Position numbers and translations under genes: made by a program
From: Candidatus Moraniibacteriota bacterium
Lineage (GTDB): Bacteria; Patescibacteriota; Minisyncoccia; Moranbacterales; UBA2206
Direction: 5' to 3'
NCBI GenBank assembly: GCA_013334765.1
Contig: JAAXWW010000005.1
Span: forward strand, 28,350-92,349
DNA: 64,000 bases
The notes under the pieces: model-generated
Databases searched by the model: none
What the model was told of the DNA's origin: nothing
The model's input: only the letters and a program-made list of their open reading frames with translations
Shown: piece by piece, positions 36,195-45,678 of the stretch
Position numbering within the stretch: position 1 is the first letter of the stretch
How the letters are laid out: every line of letters starts with the position of its first letter

Positions 36195-37772
36195 ATGGAA
36201 GAGGCACAGGAAGAAAAAAGAATGGGCTACAAGGTTTGGATTATTTTGATAGCCATACTGGCAATCGGTTTCTTCTTGAGGATATACAACATCGATCATG
36301 CGCCTCCGGGAGTATATCCCGATGAAGCGGTCAACGGCATGGATGCCGTTCAGGCCGAAGAATCCGGAAATTATCAGTGGTTCTATACCGCCAATAACGG
36401 ACGCGAGGGGCTTTTCATGAATATGATCGCAATGAGCTTCAAATTCTTCGGCATAAGCCCGCTGTCGCTCAGGATCCCATCCATAGTCTTCGGAACCCTC
36501 ACCATACTCGGGACCTATCTTGTCGCCAAAGAACTTTTCCAGAAGGAACGGGTCGGCCTTCTGGCCGGATACCTGGTCGCCGTGTCATACTGGTCGATCA
36601 ATTTCTCACGCATATCCTTCCGGGCTATCCTGGTTCCTTTCATCCTGTCTTTTTCTTTCTATTTCCTGTTCAGAGCAGTCCGTACGAAGAAATGGTATGA
36701 CTTCGCGGCAGGCGGCTTGATTTTCGGCATCGGGTTGCATACGTATATCGCCTTCCGCATCGCGCCGCTCATCCTGGTCGTCGCGCTCATGAGCTTCATG
36801 CTTTCCAGAAAGGATTTCCTGAAAGAATATTGGAAAGGGATATTGATATTCATAACCGGAACGATCATAACGGTCGCTCCGATACTATATACCTTCTATA
36901 TCCACCCTGAATATCTCAGTTCTAGAACCGCTTCGGTTTCCATCCTTTCACCGGATGTCAACCAAGGGCATCTCTTTGCGACGTTCTTCCGGAGTTTCGG
37001 GTTGAGCCTTGCCAAATACAACTTCTGGGGCGACCAGAACTGGAGGCATAACTATCCTCCCTATCCCGTTTTGGATATCGCTTCAGGAATCGCGTTCCTT
37101 TTCGGAATCGCCTATTCTTTCATCAGGCTTTTCCATCTGCTTTGGAATAGGATAGTCGATGGATACAGGAATTCCAGGCTGGACAAGCATGTGTTTCTCA
37201 TTTCCTGGTTCTTCATCATGCTGGTTCCGGAGTTCATGACAGCCGAGGGGCTTCCGCACGCCTTGCGTTCGATCGGAACGCTGCCGGCAGTCTTCATCCT
37301 CGCCGCCATGACCTTCGACTATTTCTTCAGATATGCCGAACGGCACACTCCCTTTTTCAGGAAGCTCAATGCCGCAATGGTCATCATCGTTCTCCTTAGC
37401 ATCGGGATATTCAACAGCATAAAATATCACCTCTTTTGGGCGCACAAGACCGAGGCTGCTAGCTCCTTCGAGCGTCCATTGATGGATATCTCGGAATATC
37501 TCCATACCCTTCCCCTGCAGCAAGAGAAGATCGTTTTCGCCGAGTCCATGCAAAGGATTCCTATCCAGGTTTTCGATTGGAAAATGCCTAACACCGAATA
37601 TCTCTATTCCGGGCAGATCAATGAATTTTCGCCGACGTCCGATAATTTCATAGTCATCCTTACCGACAAGAATGATGCGATCATCAGCCATATCCAAGAC
37701 AAATTCCCGGAACTCGCGCTCAAGGAAAGAAAGGACGCCTACGGCCTTAGCTTCTATACCCTAAGCAAATAA
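36195..37772 (+). CDS. GT-C fold glycosyltransferase, ArnT/PMT (GT39/GT83)-like
   Basis: It has 10 or more TM helices and a first-loop motif APPGVYPDEAVNGM of the DE type. Confidence 0.8.
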   Translation: MEEAQEEKRMGYKVWIILIAILAIGFFLRIYNIDHAPPGVYPDEAVNGMDAVQAEESGNYQWFYTANNGREGLFMNMIAMSFKFFGISPLSLRIPSIVFGTLTILGTYLVAKELFQKERVGLLAGYLVAVSYWSINFSRISFRAILVPFILSFSFYFLFRAVRTKKWYDFAAGGLIFGIGLHTYIAFRIAPLILVVALMSFMLSRKDFLKEYWKGILIFITGTIITVAPILYTFYIHPEYLSSRTASVSILSPDVNQGHLFATFFRSFGLSLAKYNFWGDQNWRHNYPPYPVLDIASGIAFLFGIAYSFIRLFHLLWNRIVDGYRNSRLDKHVFLISWFFIMLVPEFMTAEGLPHALRSIGTLPAVFILAAMTFDYFFRYAERHTPFFRKLNAAMVIIVLLSIGIFNSIKYHLFWAHKTEAASSFERPLMDISEYLHTLPLQQEKIVFAESMQRIPIQVFDWKMPNTEYLYSGQINEFSPTSDNFIVILTDKNDAIISHIQDKFPELALKERKDAYGLSFYTLSK

Positions 37773-37792
37773 AAAAGTAACATAAAAAAAAT

Positions 37793-39640
37793 ATGCGTCG
37801 CTTTTTGGAAAACAATCACAGAGCAATCATCACGCTGGTGATGCTGTTCATGTTCGCCGTTTCTACGCTCAATGCCTGGAGGGACAGCGCCATCTTCGAC
37901 GAAACCGCTCACATTCCAGCCGGGTATTCATATCTCACCATGCATGACATCCGCCTCAACCCGGAGCATCCGCCGCTTCTCAAAGACCTGGCAGCCCTTC
38001 CCCTTCTTTTCCTCCATCTCAAATTCGACACGACCCAGAAGTTCTGGACGACTGATGTCAACGGGCAGTGGGAAGCCGGGAAAAGCCTTTTCTGGCAATC
38101 AGGCAACAACCCTGATCTTCTCATTTTCCTGGCACGCATGCCCATTGTCATCCTGTCCCTCGTTTTCGGATTATTCCTGTTCAAATGGGTCAAGGAACTA
38201 GCTGGAACACTCGCCGGACTTTTCGCATTGATTCTCTATGCCTTCGATCCCAATATCCTAGGGCATAATCATTTCGTGACGACAGATCTCGGAATCGCCG
38301 GATTCATGATGATCTCTTTCTATTATTTCCTGCGTTTCATCAAAAAACCGACTTGGAAAAACGTCGCCATCGGCGGGCTGTTCCTGGGAATAGTCCAGCT
38401 CACCAAATTCTCTTCCATAATGCTTTTCCCGATCTATGGGCTGATCCTCATCATCTATCCCATGTTCAGGATCGCAAGGCAAGACAATGAGAACACGTTC
38501 GGGTTCAGGATGAAAACCATCGGGGAATATCTCATAAAAGGAATCGCCGCCTTCGCCATATCCCTGGTAGTCGTTTGGGGATTGTATGTCTTCAATACCT
38601 ATGACATGCCGAAAGAAAAACTTGCCGAAACCATCAACTATTATTTCAGCCCGACCGATACCAACCCGACCAACCTATATACCAACCGGGCACTTATCGG
38701 ACTCAACCAATCATCGATCACCCGTCCGCTCTCCGGATATGTTTTGGGCATCGCCATGGTCTTCAAGCGCGTCGAGGGAGGAAACGGGGCATATTTCATG
38801 GGCCAGGTTTCGAATAGCGCTTTTAGAAACTATTTCCCGACCGTTTTTGCCATAAAGGAACCGATTCAGAACCTGTTCCTGTTCGCATCCGCCATAGCGA
38901 TCGCTCTCATAGGCATCTTCGCGGCTATCGTCCGCCATCTCAAGAAACCTTTCGGAAGCATGTTCCCTGCCGGAGAATTCGGCGCTTTTGTCAGGCACAA
39001 CATCACATCCATTTCGCTTTTGGGATTTGTCGCCCTTTATGCCTATATAAGCATCACGGGAAATCTCAATATCGGATTCCGCCATCTCTTCCCGATCCTG
39101 CCTTTCGCCTATATCCTCACTGCCAAAACTATTTTCGATTTCATTAAGAAACGGGAAACCCACAATGAGAAAGTCATTTTCCGCTCGATCGTCCTTCTGC
39201 TTTCTTTGACTCTCGTAGTCCAGACCGCCCTGGCCTATCCCTACTACATGTCATATTTCAACCAGATAGCTGGCGGGCCGAAGAACGGCTATCACTATGT
39301 CACCGATTCCAATGCCGACTGGGGACAGGACCTGAAGCGCCTCAGATCCTTCCTGGCGGTTCATCCTGAGATAATGAAGATCCGCGTCGACTATTTCGGC
39401 GGGGCGGATATCAAATACTATATCGGGGACAGATATGCGATGTGGTGGGATTCCAAGCGTCCCATCGAATCAGGCTGGTATGCCGTTTCCACCAATTTCC
39501 TGCAGGGCAGCCTCTACGACAAAACCAAACCGGACAATCAATCATATCGCTGGATCCAGAAGTTCACCCCGAAATACCAAGTAGGCACTTCGATTCTGGT
39601 TTATTACATAAGCCCGGATGACTTGAAACAGTTGAAATAG
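37793..39640 (+). CDS. Second GT-C fold glycosyltransferase, ArnT/PMT-like, with a C-terminal soluble domain
   Basis: FDETAHIPAGYSY...NPEHPPLLK resembles the ArnT-family DE...EKPPL loop. It is polytopic and tandem with the previous gene. Confidence 0.75.
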   Translation: MRRFLENNHRAIITLVMLFMFAVSTLNAWRDSAIFDETAHIPAGYSYLTMHDIRLNPEHPPLLKDLAALPLLFLHLKFDTTQKFWTTDVNGQWEAGKSLFWQSGNNPDLLIFLARMPIVILSLVFGLFLFKWVKELAGTLAGLFALILYAFDPNILGHNHFVTTDLGIAGFMMISFYYFLRFIKKPTWKNVAIGGLFLGIVQLTKFSSIMLFPIYGLILIIYPMFRIARQDNENTFGFRMKTIGEYLIKGIAAFAISLVVVWGLYVFNTYDMPKEKLAETINYYFSPTDTNPTNLYTNRALIGLNQSSITRPLSGYVLGIAMVFKRVEGGNGAYFMGQVSNSAFRNYFPTVFAIKEPIQNLFLFASAIAIALIGIFAAIVRHLKKPFGSMFPAGEFGAFVRHNITSISLLGFVALYAYISITGNLNIGFRHLFPILPFAYILTAKTIFDFIKKRETHNEKVIFRSIVLLLSLTLVVQTALAYPYYMSYFNQIAGGPKNGYHYVTDSNADWGQDLKRLRSFLAVHPEIMKIRVDYFGGADIKYYIGDRYAMWWDSKRPIESGWYAVSTNFLQGSLYDKTKPDNQSYRWIQKFTPKYQVGTSILVYYISPDDLKQLK

Positions 39641-39647
39641 CTCAACT

Positions 39648-39673
39648 AAAAAATCTCCGCAAGGAGATTTTTT
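39648..39673. terminator. Bidirectional intrinsic terminator between convergent genes
   Basis: The sequence is AAAAAATCTCC-GCAA-GGAGATTTTTT. Confidence 0.6.
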
Positions 39674-39696
39674 AGTTCTATATTGCCGTTATCGAA

Positions 39697-40542
39697 TCAT
39701 TCCAGCCGTTTTCTGTTTCTGCCTGATGCCAAGAAATTATTTCCGGTCACTACGCTTTTTCCGGTTTTCTGTTCAAGCGCGGTTCTCGCGTCCTTAGCGA
39801 TCCTGCCGCCTTTTTTAGCTGGAACCTTATTCTCTTCCAAACCTTTCGCCTTCATTGTTTCGGCGATCTGCCGGGTCGAAAGTTCAGCCAGGGCTGTGAA
39901 GACCAATTCGGCGTCCGACATATGATCGCGCAGATTATGAGTCTTGAGTTTTTTCAGATTCTTATGCTCTTTGATGGTCAGGTCGCTCCATTCTTGATGG
40001 ATTATATTCGTCAGAATCGCGAATTCATCTTTCTCTTGAACATCGTTGTTTTTCCAATAGTCCGTCAATTTGTTCCTGACCTCCTGCCCCATCATCCTTT
40101 GCTGGATCCATTTCTCGCTCCGGCCCATCTTCAGCCAATATTCCCTCGAGCGATTCATCGCCTTTTCCGGATCTGACATTTCCTGAATTCGCTCATAGCC
40201 GACTTTCGCCAGCCACAGTTTGATCGGTTCGGCTTTTTTGGATGGAACCGATTGGATCAAGCGCAGAATCGTTTCGGTATTCGCAACATCAGTCTTATAG
40301 AATTTACCATCGGCAGATTGCAATTTCAGTTTGTCACATTTTGTGACAGACTCATTTCCTTCTTTTTTTAAGCGATTCTTAAGAGTTGTCCAATAACTTT
40401 GCGCTTTCTTGAAATCTTTCTGCTCAATCAACGCTGCCACGATATCGATCACCGAAAAATACCAAGTTTCGGTTTCTTCATCGTAGTGCCGGCGAATCTT
40501 GAAATTCTCAAAAATCGCCAATGAGTCCTTTTCCTTCGCCAT
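39697..40542 (-). CDS. DinD-like (DNA-damage-inducible protein D family) protein with an N-terminal Bro-N-like domain, paralogue 1
   Basis: The N-terminus AIFENFKIRRHYDEETETWYFSVIDIVAAL is Bro-N-like. The central KAEPIKLWLAKVGYERIQE and C-terminal KNLKKLKTHNLRDHMSDAELVFTALAELSTRQI parallel E. coli DinD (KGLKKNQKILDHMGSTELAANLF). Confidence 0.75.
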   Translation of the reverse strand: MAKEKDSLAIFENFKIRRHYDEETETWYFSVIDIVAALIEQKDFKKAQSYWTTLKNRLKKEGNESVTKCDKLKLQSADGKFYKTDVANTETILRLIQSVPSKKAEPIKLWLAKVGYERIQEMSDPEKAMNRSREYWLKMGRSEKWIQQRMMGQEVRNKLTDYWKNNDVQEKDEFAILTNIIHQEWSDLTIKEHKNLKKLKTHNLRDHMSDAELVFTALAELSTRQIAETMKAKGLEENKVPAKKGGRIAKDARTALEQKTGKSVVTGNNFLASGRNRKRLE

Positions 40543-40557
40543 GTTTTTATTTTATTT

Positions 40558-40586
40558 GGTTATAGTGATATCATATCACTATAACC
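40558..40586. promoter_or_regulatory. Perfect 14-bp-arm palindrome upstream of dinD-like paralogue 1 (putative operator)
   Basis: GGTTATAGTGATAT-C-ATATCACTATAACC lies 16-44 nt upstream of the start codon at 40542. Confidence 0.5.
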
Positions 40587-40626
40587 ATTTTCCGTCTACT
40601 ATCTCCGTCTCAGGCATTGATTTATT

Positions 40627-41571
40627 TCACTTCTTTTTCTTCTTCTTGTCTTTCGAGTCGCTTTCCGAGCTCGATGATGAGCTTGAGGAAGCGGAAGGAT
40701 TCTGGTCGTCCTGATTCATATCCTGCCCATCCTGACCCTTGAACTTATAGAAAACCTTGTTGTCAGCGCGAAGATCGACATATTCCAAATCCCCTCTCTT
40801 GTCCTTGCCTATCTTCTCATCGAGAACGATCCGAAGCATCTCGATCTCTTTCTCAGCATCGGCTTCCTCGTTGAAAAATATCTTCCATCCTTCCTTGGTC
40901 GTGACCCGGAGATCGGAGGAAACGCGGCTCGGGGTTTCCATTTCCCTTTCCAGATCGATATCAAGCCGGTCTTTCAAGCCGTCTTTTATCGCAAAAATGA
41001 AATCCATATAGTCCGTTCCGAGAATGTCGTTCTTCTGATCGATGCCGACCCCGCTCGTATCATTGAGAACAGCATAATCATCCTCTTTTATTTCCTCTCG
41101 GGAAAACATCCCTTTTGGAAAAAGCGAACCGTTGTCATCGACATAATAGCAGTCTCCGGAAGCGCAAAGGATCAGTTTCATTTCATGCTCGGCGACTGAT
41201 ATTTCAAGCGTATTGGGAAATTTCCTGACAATCTTAATGTTCCTTATCATATTGAACCTGGCTTTGATTTCATCCGCCATGCGGGCGCTTCTGAAAATGA
41301 TGATGTTGTCTTTCGGGATAAATCCCAGATATTTTCCGGATAATCCACCAGCAATCATCTCCCTCACGTCCGACTCGCTGATATTATGCGTTCCGCTTAT
41401 CCTTATTTCCGTCACATTCAGGAACGGAGAAAAAAACAGGACGAATACCGCCGCTCCCATGAAGCAAAGCAGGAAGAAATAGAAGAAGATCCTTTTCCAA
41501 TGGATCCTTCTGGGATTCCTGTCGGACATCCTTGACCCCGCCCTGGATTTTGATTTTCCCGGTTCAAGCAT
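40627..41571 (-). CDS. FtsQ/DivIB-like cell-division protein with a POTRA domain and a poly-Ser/poly-Lys tail
   Basis: An N-terminal TM is followed by VTEIRISGTHNISESDVREMI, which is POTRA-like. The C-terminus is SSSSSSSSESDSKDKKKKKK. Confidence 0.6.
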   Translation of the reverse strand: MLEPGKSKSRAGSRMSDRNPRRIHWKRIFFYFFLLCFMGAAVFVLFFSPFLNVTEIRISGTHNISESDVREMIAGGLSGKYLGFIPKDNIIIFRSARMADEIKARFNMIRNIKIVRKFPNTLEISVAEHEMKLILCASGDCYYVDDNGSLFPKGMFSREEIKEDDYAVLNDTSGVGIDQKNDILGTDYMDFIFAIKDGLKDRLDIDLEREMETPSRVSSDLRVTTKEGWKIFFNEEADAEKEIEMLRIVLDEKIGKDKRGDLEYVDLRADNKVFYKFKGQDGQDMNQDDQNPSASSSSSSSSESDSKDKKKKKK

Positions 41572-41576
41572 ATTGA

Positions 41577-42446
41577 TCAGATATTTATGAACATGTTTTC
41601 GAGAGCCAGGCGCGCGTTCGCGTTGGTATTGCCCATGATCGATTTCCCTCTGTCGATCAGGTCGATCATCCTGAGTGCGCGCGCGGGTGATATTCCCAAG
41701 ACATCGTTGCCAAGAACGGTTTGCCTCAAGAGAGCCGCCCAGATAGCCAGTTTTCGCGAAAGCGCCGCTTGGTCCTTCGCAAGGTTTTCAGCCAGATCGA
41801 ACCGGCCATTCAGGTCGGCCGATATGACATCCTTCAGCTGTTTCAGGATGTCACGATTCTCATCCAGGAGCGAACTGTCTTCGATCATTCTCTTTGCCCA
41901 GCCGGGACGCCCGAACGACCAGAAGATTATTTCTTCCCTGTCCTTCGCCGAACCGGCAAGCTCTGAGATCTCCTTGTCAGTCATGAGCGAGAACTTCTTC
42001 GTTTGGCAACGCGACACAACCGTCGGAAGGATCCTTTTCATATTGCTGACAATGAGAAACAGGACCGAATTTTCCGGCGGCTCCTCCAATATCTTAAGAA
42101 GCCCGTTCTGCGCCCCCTTGGTCAGGCGGTCGGCATCGTTTATGATGGCAATCATGTGCTTGCCATGGCCCGGAGTCGTGCCGAGCCTGCCTTGCAGTTC
42201 CCTGATTTCATCGATGCTGATATCTTTGACTTTTTCAACGCCTTTCGTTTCCTCTATCCTGGGTGAAAGGATGACCAAGTCAGGATCGATATTCGTGCCG
42301 ATGCCGTTTATTTCAGATGTTAAATCAAGAGCGAAAGTGAATTTGCCCACTGATTCCGGCCCGGTGAAAATATATGCCTGGCTGAGACTCTCCTTTTCCA
42401 GCGACCGCTTGAATCCGTTCCTTATTTTTTGATGACCGATGATCAT
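41577..42446 (-). CDS. holB: DNA polymerase III delta-prime subunit
   Basis: AAA+ clamp-loader fold with a degenerate P-loop AYIFTGPESVGKFT and an SRC-like VVSRCQ. Confidence 0.75.
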   Translation of the reverse strand: MIIGHQKIRNGFKRSLEKESLSQAYIFTGPESVGKFTFALDLTSEINGIGTNIDPDLVILSPRIEETKGVEKVKDISIDEIRELQGRLGTTPGHGKHMIAIINDADRLTKGAQNGLLKILEEPPENSVLFLIVSNMKRILPTVVSRCQTKKFSLMTDKEISELAGSAKDREEIIFWSFGRPGWAKRMIEDSSLLDENRDILKQLKDVISADLNGRFDLAENLAKDQAALSRKLAIWAALLRQTVLGNDVLGISPARALRMIDLIDRGKSIMGNTNANARLALENMFINI

Positions 42447-43600
42447 ATCCCAGATTTTTGCGCCTGATTTGCCGCTTTTATCTTTTCCAAATATTCCAAG
42501 ATGTTTTTCTTGAACTTCTCTTTCGAAAATTCGTTCGCCTTGTTCCTGATCGCTTCCCTGTCGTAGCCTTTCTCGTTTTCAATGAATCTCCTCACTCCGT
42601 CAGCGATCACTTCCGGAACCGATGAGGCAAAGAACTCTCCCGTCTTGCCCTCGACAATCACTTCTCTCATGCCGCCTTTCCTGATCGAAAGGACCGGAAC
42701 GCCATATGACATAGCCTCGACCGGTGCGATTCCGAAATCATCCACTCCCGGAAAAACGAAGGCGCGCGCATTGCTATATATCTCTCCCAGCTTTTCATCC
42801 GGAACGAACCCGGCGAAACGTATATTCTTCCCAGCAATCGATTTCAGGTATTTTTCCTGTTCGCCTGTCCCGACCACCACCAGTGGCAGCTCCAGCTTAT
42901 TGAAAGCCTCGATTGCCGCGTCGACCTTCTTGTATGCCGACAGGCGGGAAACGATGAGGAAATAATTATCCTTGATGTCTCCTGCTCCTTGCTTGCCCAC
43001 CGTAGTCCCGCTTAGCGGGACGAAGGCGGGTGGATAAATGACTTCGGAATCCCTGCCATAATATTTCCTGATACGGTCCCGGGTATATATCGAATTGGAA
43101 AGCAGAAGATCCGGCCTATCGGAAGCGACGCGGTCCCAGACGCGGATATAGTTGAGGATGAAGCGGGTGATGAAGCGTATGCATCCCAAGCGGCTCCTTT
43201 GATTGAGATATTCCCCATTCATGTCCCAGATGAAGCGCATCGGGCTGTGGACATATGAGACGTGGGTCGTGTTGAGGCGCGTCACGATCCCCTTTGACCA
43301 CGCTCCGGAGCTCGAAATGACCAGATCGAAATCCCTCAGATCGAAAGTCTCCGGCGCGACCGGGAGGAACGGCAGCAGCCATTTCTTCCTCTTCTTGAGA
43401 AAGGCGGGAAATTTCTGCAGGAAGGAAACACGCACGTCCTTTGATCCGAATCTCTCCCCTAAGGCATTTTTGTCATATATGAGGGTATATATCGGCGCGT
43501 CCGGAAAAATCTCAGACAGAGCCAGAAGGACCCTTTCTGCTCCTCCGAACTGAGTCAGGAAATCATGCACCAAGGCTATTTTCAATTCTTTTTTGTTCAT
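42443..43600 (-). CDS. GT4-family glycosyltransferase
   Basis: The GT-B C-terminal motif is FVFPGVDDFGIAPVEAMSYGVPVL (E-x7-E). Confidence 0.85.
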   Translation of the reverse strand: MNKKELKIALVHDFLTQFGGAERVLLALSEIFPDAPIYTLIYDKNALGERFGSKDVRVSFLQKFPAFLKKRKKWLLPFLPVAPETFDLRDFDLVISSSGAWSKGIVTRLNTTHVSYVHSPMRFIWDMNGEYLNQRSRLGCIRFITRFILNYIRVWDRVASDRPDLLLSNSIYTRDRIRKYYGRDSEVIYPPAFVPLSGTTVGKQGAGDIKDNYFLIVSRLSAYKKVDAAIEAFNKLELPLVVVGTGEQEKYLKSIAGKNIRFAGFVPDEKLGEIYSNARAFVFPGVDDFGIAPVEAMSYGVPVLSIRKGGMREVIVEGKTGEFFASSVPEVIADGVRRFIENEKGYDREAIRNKANEFSKEKFKKNILEYLEKIKAANQAQKSGI

Positions 43601-44412
43601 TCCAGCGGGCTTTTTATGTTTTTTAGCATCGGATTGGTCACTTTGGTATAGATCTGCGTTGTCCTAATATTAGCATGACCCAGAAGTTCCTGCACATAAC
43701 GGACGTCCACCCCGTTTTCAAGCAAATGCGTCGCGAAACTGTGACGCAAGGAATGGAAAGTGGCCGTTTTTTTGATCCCCGCTTTTTTGAGCGCGTTTTC
43801 AAAAACCTTCTGGGCTGTTCGTTCGGTCAGTTTGCCTCCCCTTTCACTGCCAAAAACATAGTCATTCAAATTTTTGCTTCCGATTATTTTTCCCAAATCC
43901 CCAGCCAGCTTTTCCGGGAAAACGGTTATGCGGTCATTATTGCCCTTGGCTCCTTTGATATGGATCGTCAACTCCTGCAAGCCGATATCTTTTACTTTCA
44001 AATTAACAACTTCGCTGACTCGCAAGCCGCCGGAATATGCCAGCGCAATCATCAGCCTATGTTTCTCATTGCTTATGGATCCCAGAAGCACCCTGATTTC
44101 ATCCCTGGACAGCACGATCGGCAGCTTGCTCGGAGTTTTGGCGAATCTGATATCGATTTTCCCCTGATATTTCAAAACACTCCGACAAAAGAAATTGATC
44201 GCTTGCAGGCTCTGATTGACTGTCTGCGAAGACATCCCTTTGTCAATTTTGATCAAGAGGTGTTTCTTGATGAAATCCTCATCCACTGAATCGAATCCGC
44301 ACCGCTTTTCACGCAAATAGTCCGCCACGCAAGCAACATAGCTTCTGACTGTTTTAGGGCTATACTTCCTCAATCTCAATTCATCCTCCAGTTTTTTCAA
44401 ATAGACCTCCAT
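43597..44412 (-). CDS. Tyrosine site-specific recombinase, XerC/XerD family
   Basis: The catalytic residues are RVSEV, HSLRHSFATHLL and LLGHANIRTTQIYTKV (R...H-x-x-R...Y). Confidence 0.9.
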   Translation of the reverse strand: MEVYLKKLEDELRLRKYSPKTVRSYVACVADYLREKRCGFDSVDEDFIKKHLLIKIDKGMSSQTVNQSLQAINFFCRSVLKYQGKIDIRFAKTPSKLPIVLSRDEIRVLLGSISNEKHRLMIALAYSGGLRVSEVVNLKVKDIGLQELTIHIKGAKGNNDRITVFPEKLAGDLGKIIGSKNLNDYVFGSERGGKLTERTAQKVFENALKKAGIKKTATFHSLRHSFATHLLENGVDVRYVQELLGHANIRTTQIYTKVTNPMLKNIKSPLE

Positions 44413-44484
44413 TGGGATATTTGATATAATTAAATCACAATAAAATTATACATAATATTCTCAAATGCAACAATATTATGCATA

Positions 44485-44707
44485 CTATGCGAAAACACTT
44501 CGCATATGGAAGAGTTATTCAAAATGTCGCGCGCTACGCTTGCTCCATTTTGAATAACGTGCAGCTATGCGAAGGGGCTATGCGCAAAGAAAAAAGATTG
44601 TCTTTATCAATCGCGCGCGCCACTTCGTATAACTACCGCTATACGGCTGACGCCCAAATCCCGACTCCGCTCCGCTCCGTCGGGACTTCGCATAGCTGCA
44701 CGTTATA
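44485..44707. repeat. Inverted-repeat-rich non-coding element between xer and the DUF218 gene
   Basis: AATAACGTGCAGCTATGCGAAG (44553-44574) and CTTCGCATAGCTGCACGTTATA (44686-44707) match at 21 of 22 positions as an inverted repeat. Nested hairpins are TATGCGAA-AACAC-TTCGCATA (44485-44505) and TCCCGAC...GTCGGGA (44659-44685). The motif GCTATGCG recurs. Confidence 0.5.
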
Positions 44708-44729
44708 TGAAATTTCACCCCTCCTCACT

Positions 44730-45377
44730 ATGATAAATAAACAAACATTTGAATTAGCAAACAAGTTGTGGGATTACCACCACGTTAATCAATCTCTTGA
44801 AAAATCTGATTGCATTTTAGTTCTGGGTAGTCATGATTTGAGGGTCGCCGAAAGAGGCGCGGAATTATATCTTCGAGGATTGGCACCTATTATAATTTTT
44901 TCTGGTGGCCTTGGAAATTTTACAAAAGAAATTTGGGATGAGTCTGAAGCTGACAAGTTCACAACTATTGCTATGAATATGGGAGTTCCGCGTGATGCAA
45001 TTTTGATTGAGAATAAATCAACGAACACTGGCGAAAATATTTTGTTTACGCAAAAGTTGCTAAAGGAAAATGGCCTTGATCCGCAAAGTTTTATCGTTGT
45101 GCAAAAACCGTATATGGAAAGAAGGAGCTATGCGACATTCAAAAAACATTGGCCTGACAAAAAACTTGCGGTCACATCGCCCCAAATTTCTTTTGAAAAA
45201 TACTACAATGATGAAATTCCGCTTGAAAAGGTGATAAATATCATGGTCGGCGACTTACAAAGAATTAAAATATACCCAGAAAAAGGATTTCAGATTTTTC
45301 AAGAGATACCAAATGAAGTGTGGTCTGCATATGAACAACTTGTTAGTCTGGGGTACGACAAACATTTAGTGAAATAA
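44730..45377 (+). CDS. DUF218 (YdcF/ElyC/SanA-like) domain protein
   Basis: CILVLGSHD...YLRGLAPIIIFSGGLG is the DUF218 core. The start is taken at MINKQTF. The upstream 252 nt of the track ORF is the inverted-repeat element and is not protein-like. Confidence 0.7.
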   Translation: MINKQTFELANKLWDYHHVNQSLEKSDCILVLGSHDLRVAERGAELYLRGLAPIIIFSGGLGNFTKEIWDESEADKFTTIAMNMGVPRDAILIENKSTNTGENILFTQKLLKENGLDPQSFIVVQKPYMERRSYATFKKHWPDKKLAVTSPQISFEKYYNDEIPLEKVINIMVGDLQRIKIYPEKGFQIFQEIPNEVWSAYEQLVSLGYDKHLVK

Positions 45378-45637
45378 ACCGGAGGGGTGAAACATCATAT
45401 AACAAAGAATATCTGGCTCCAAAATTTTTCACTTTTATATTTTCAGATGAAAGAAAAATTTTTTCGACCCAAATTCATTTCCGCTACGCTACAATGAACT
45501 TCAGATATTCTTAACGTTGTCGGAAATAAAATTCTTTTCTTTTCCCATACGATCAAAGCATTGTTCAGGGAAAATATCCGGTTGCAATTTTCTGCGAAAG
45601 ACCCGCCTAATTCCGTCATTTTTGACGGTTTTTGTAA

Positions 45638-45658
45638 ATAGTGATACACTATCACTAT
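45638..45658. promoter_or_regulatory. Palindrome upstream of dinD-like paralogue 2 (same core as at 40558)
   Basis: ATAGTGATA-CAC-TATCACTAT lies 21-41 nt upstream of the ATG at 45679. It shares the TAGTGATA/TATCACTA core with the paralogue 1 site. Confidence 0.5.
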
Positions 45659-45678
45659 AATAAATATAGCTTGCACAA

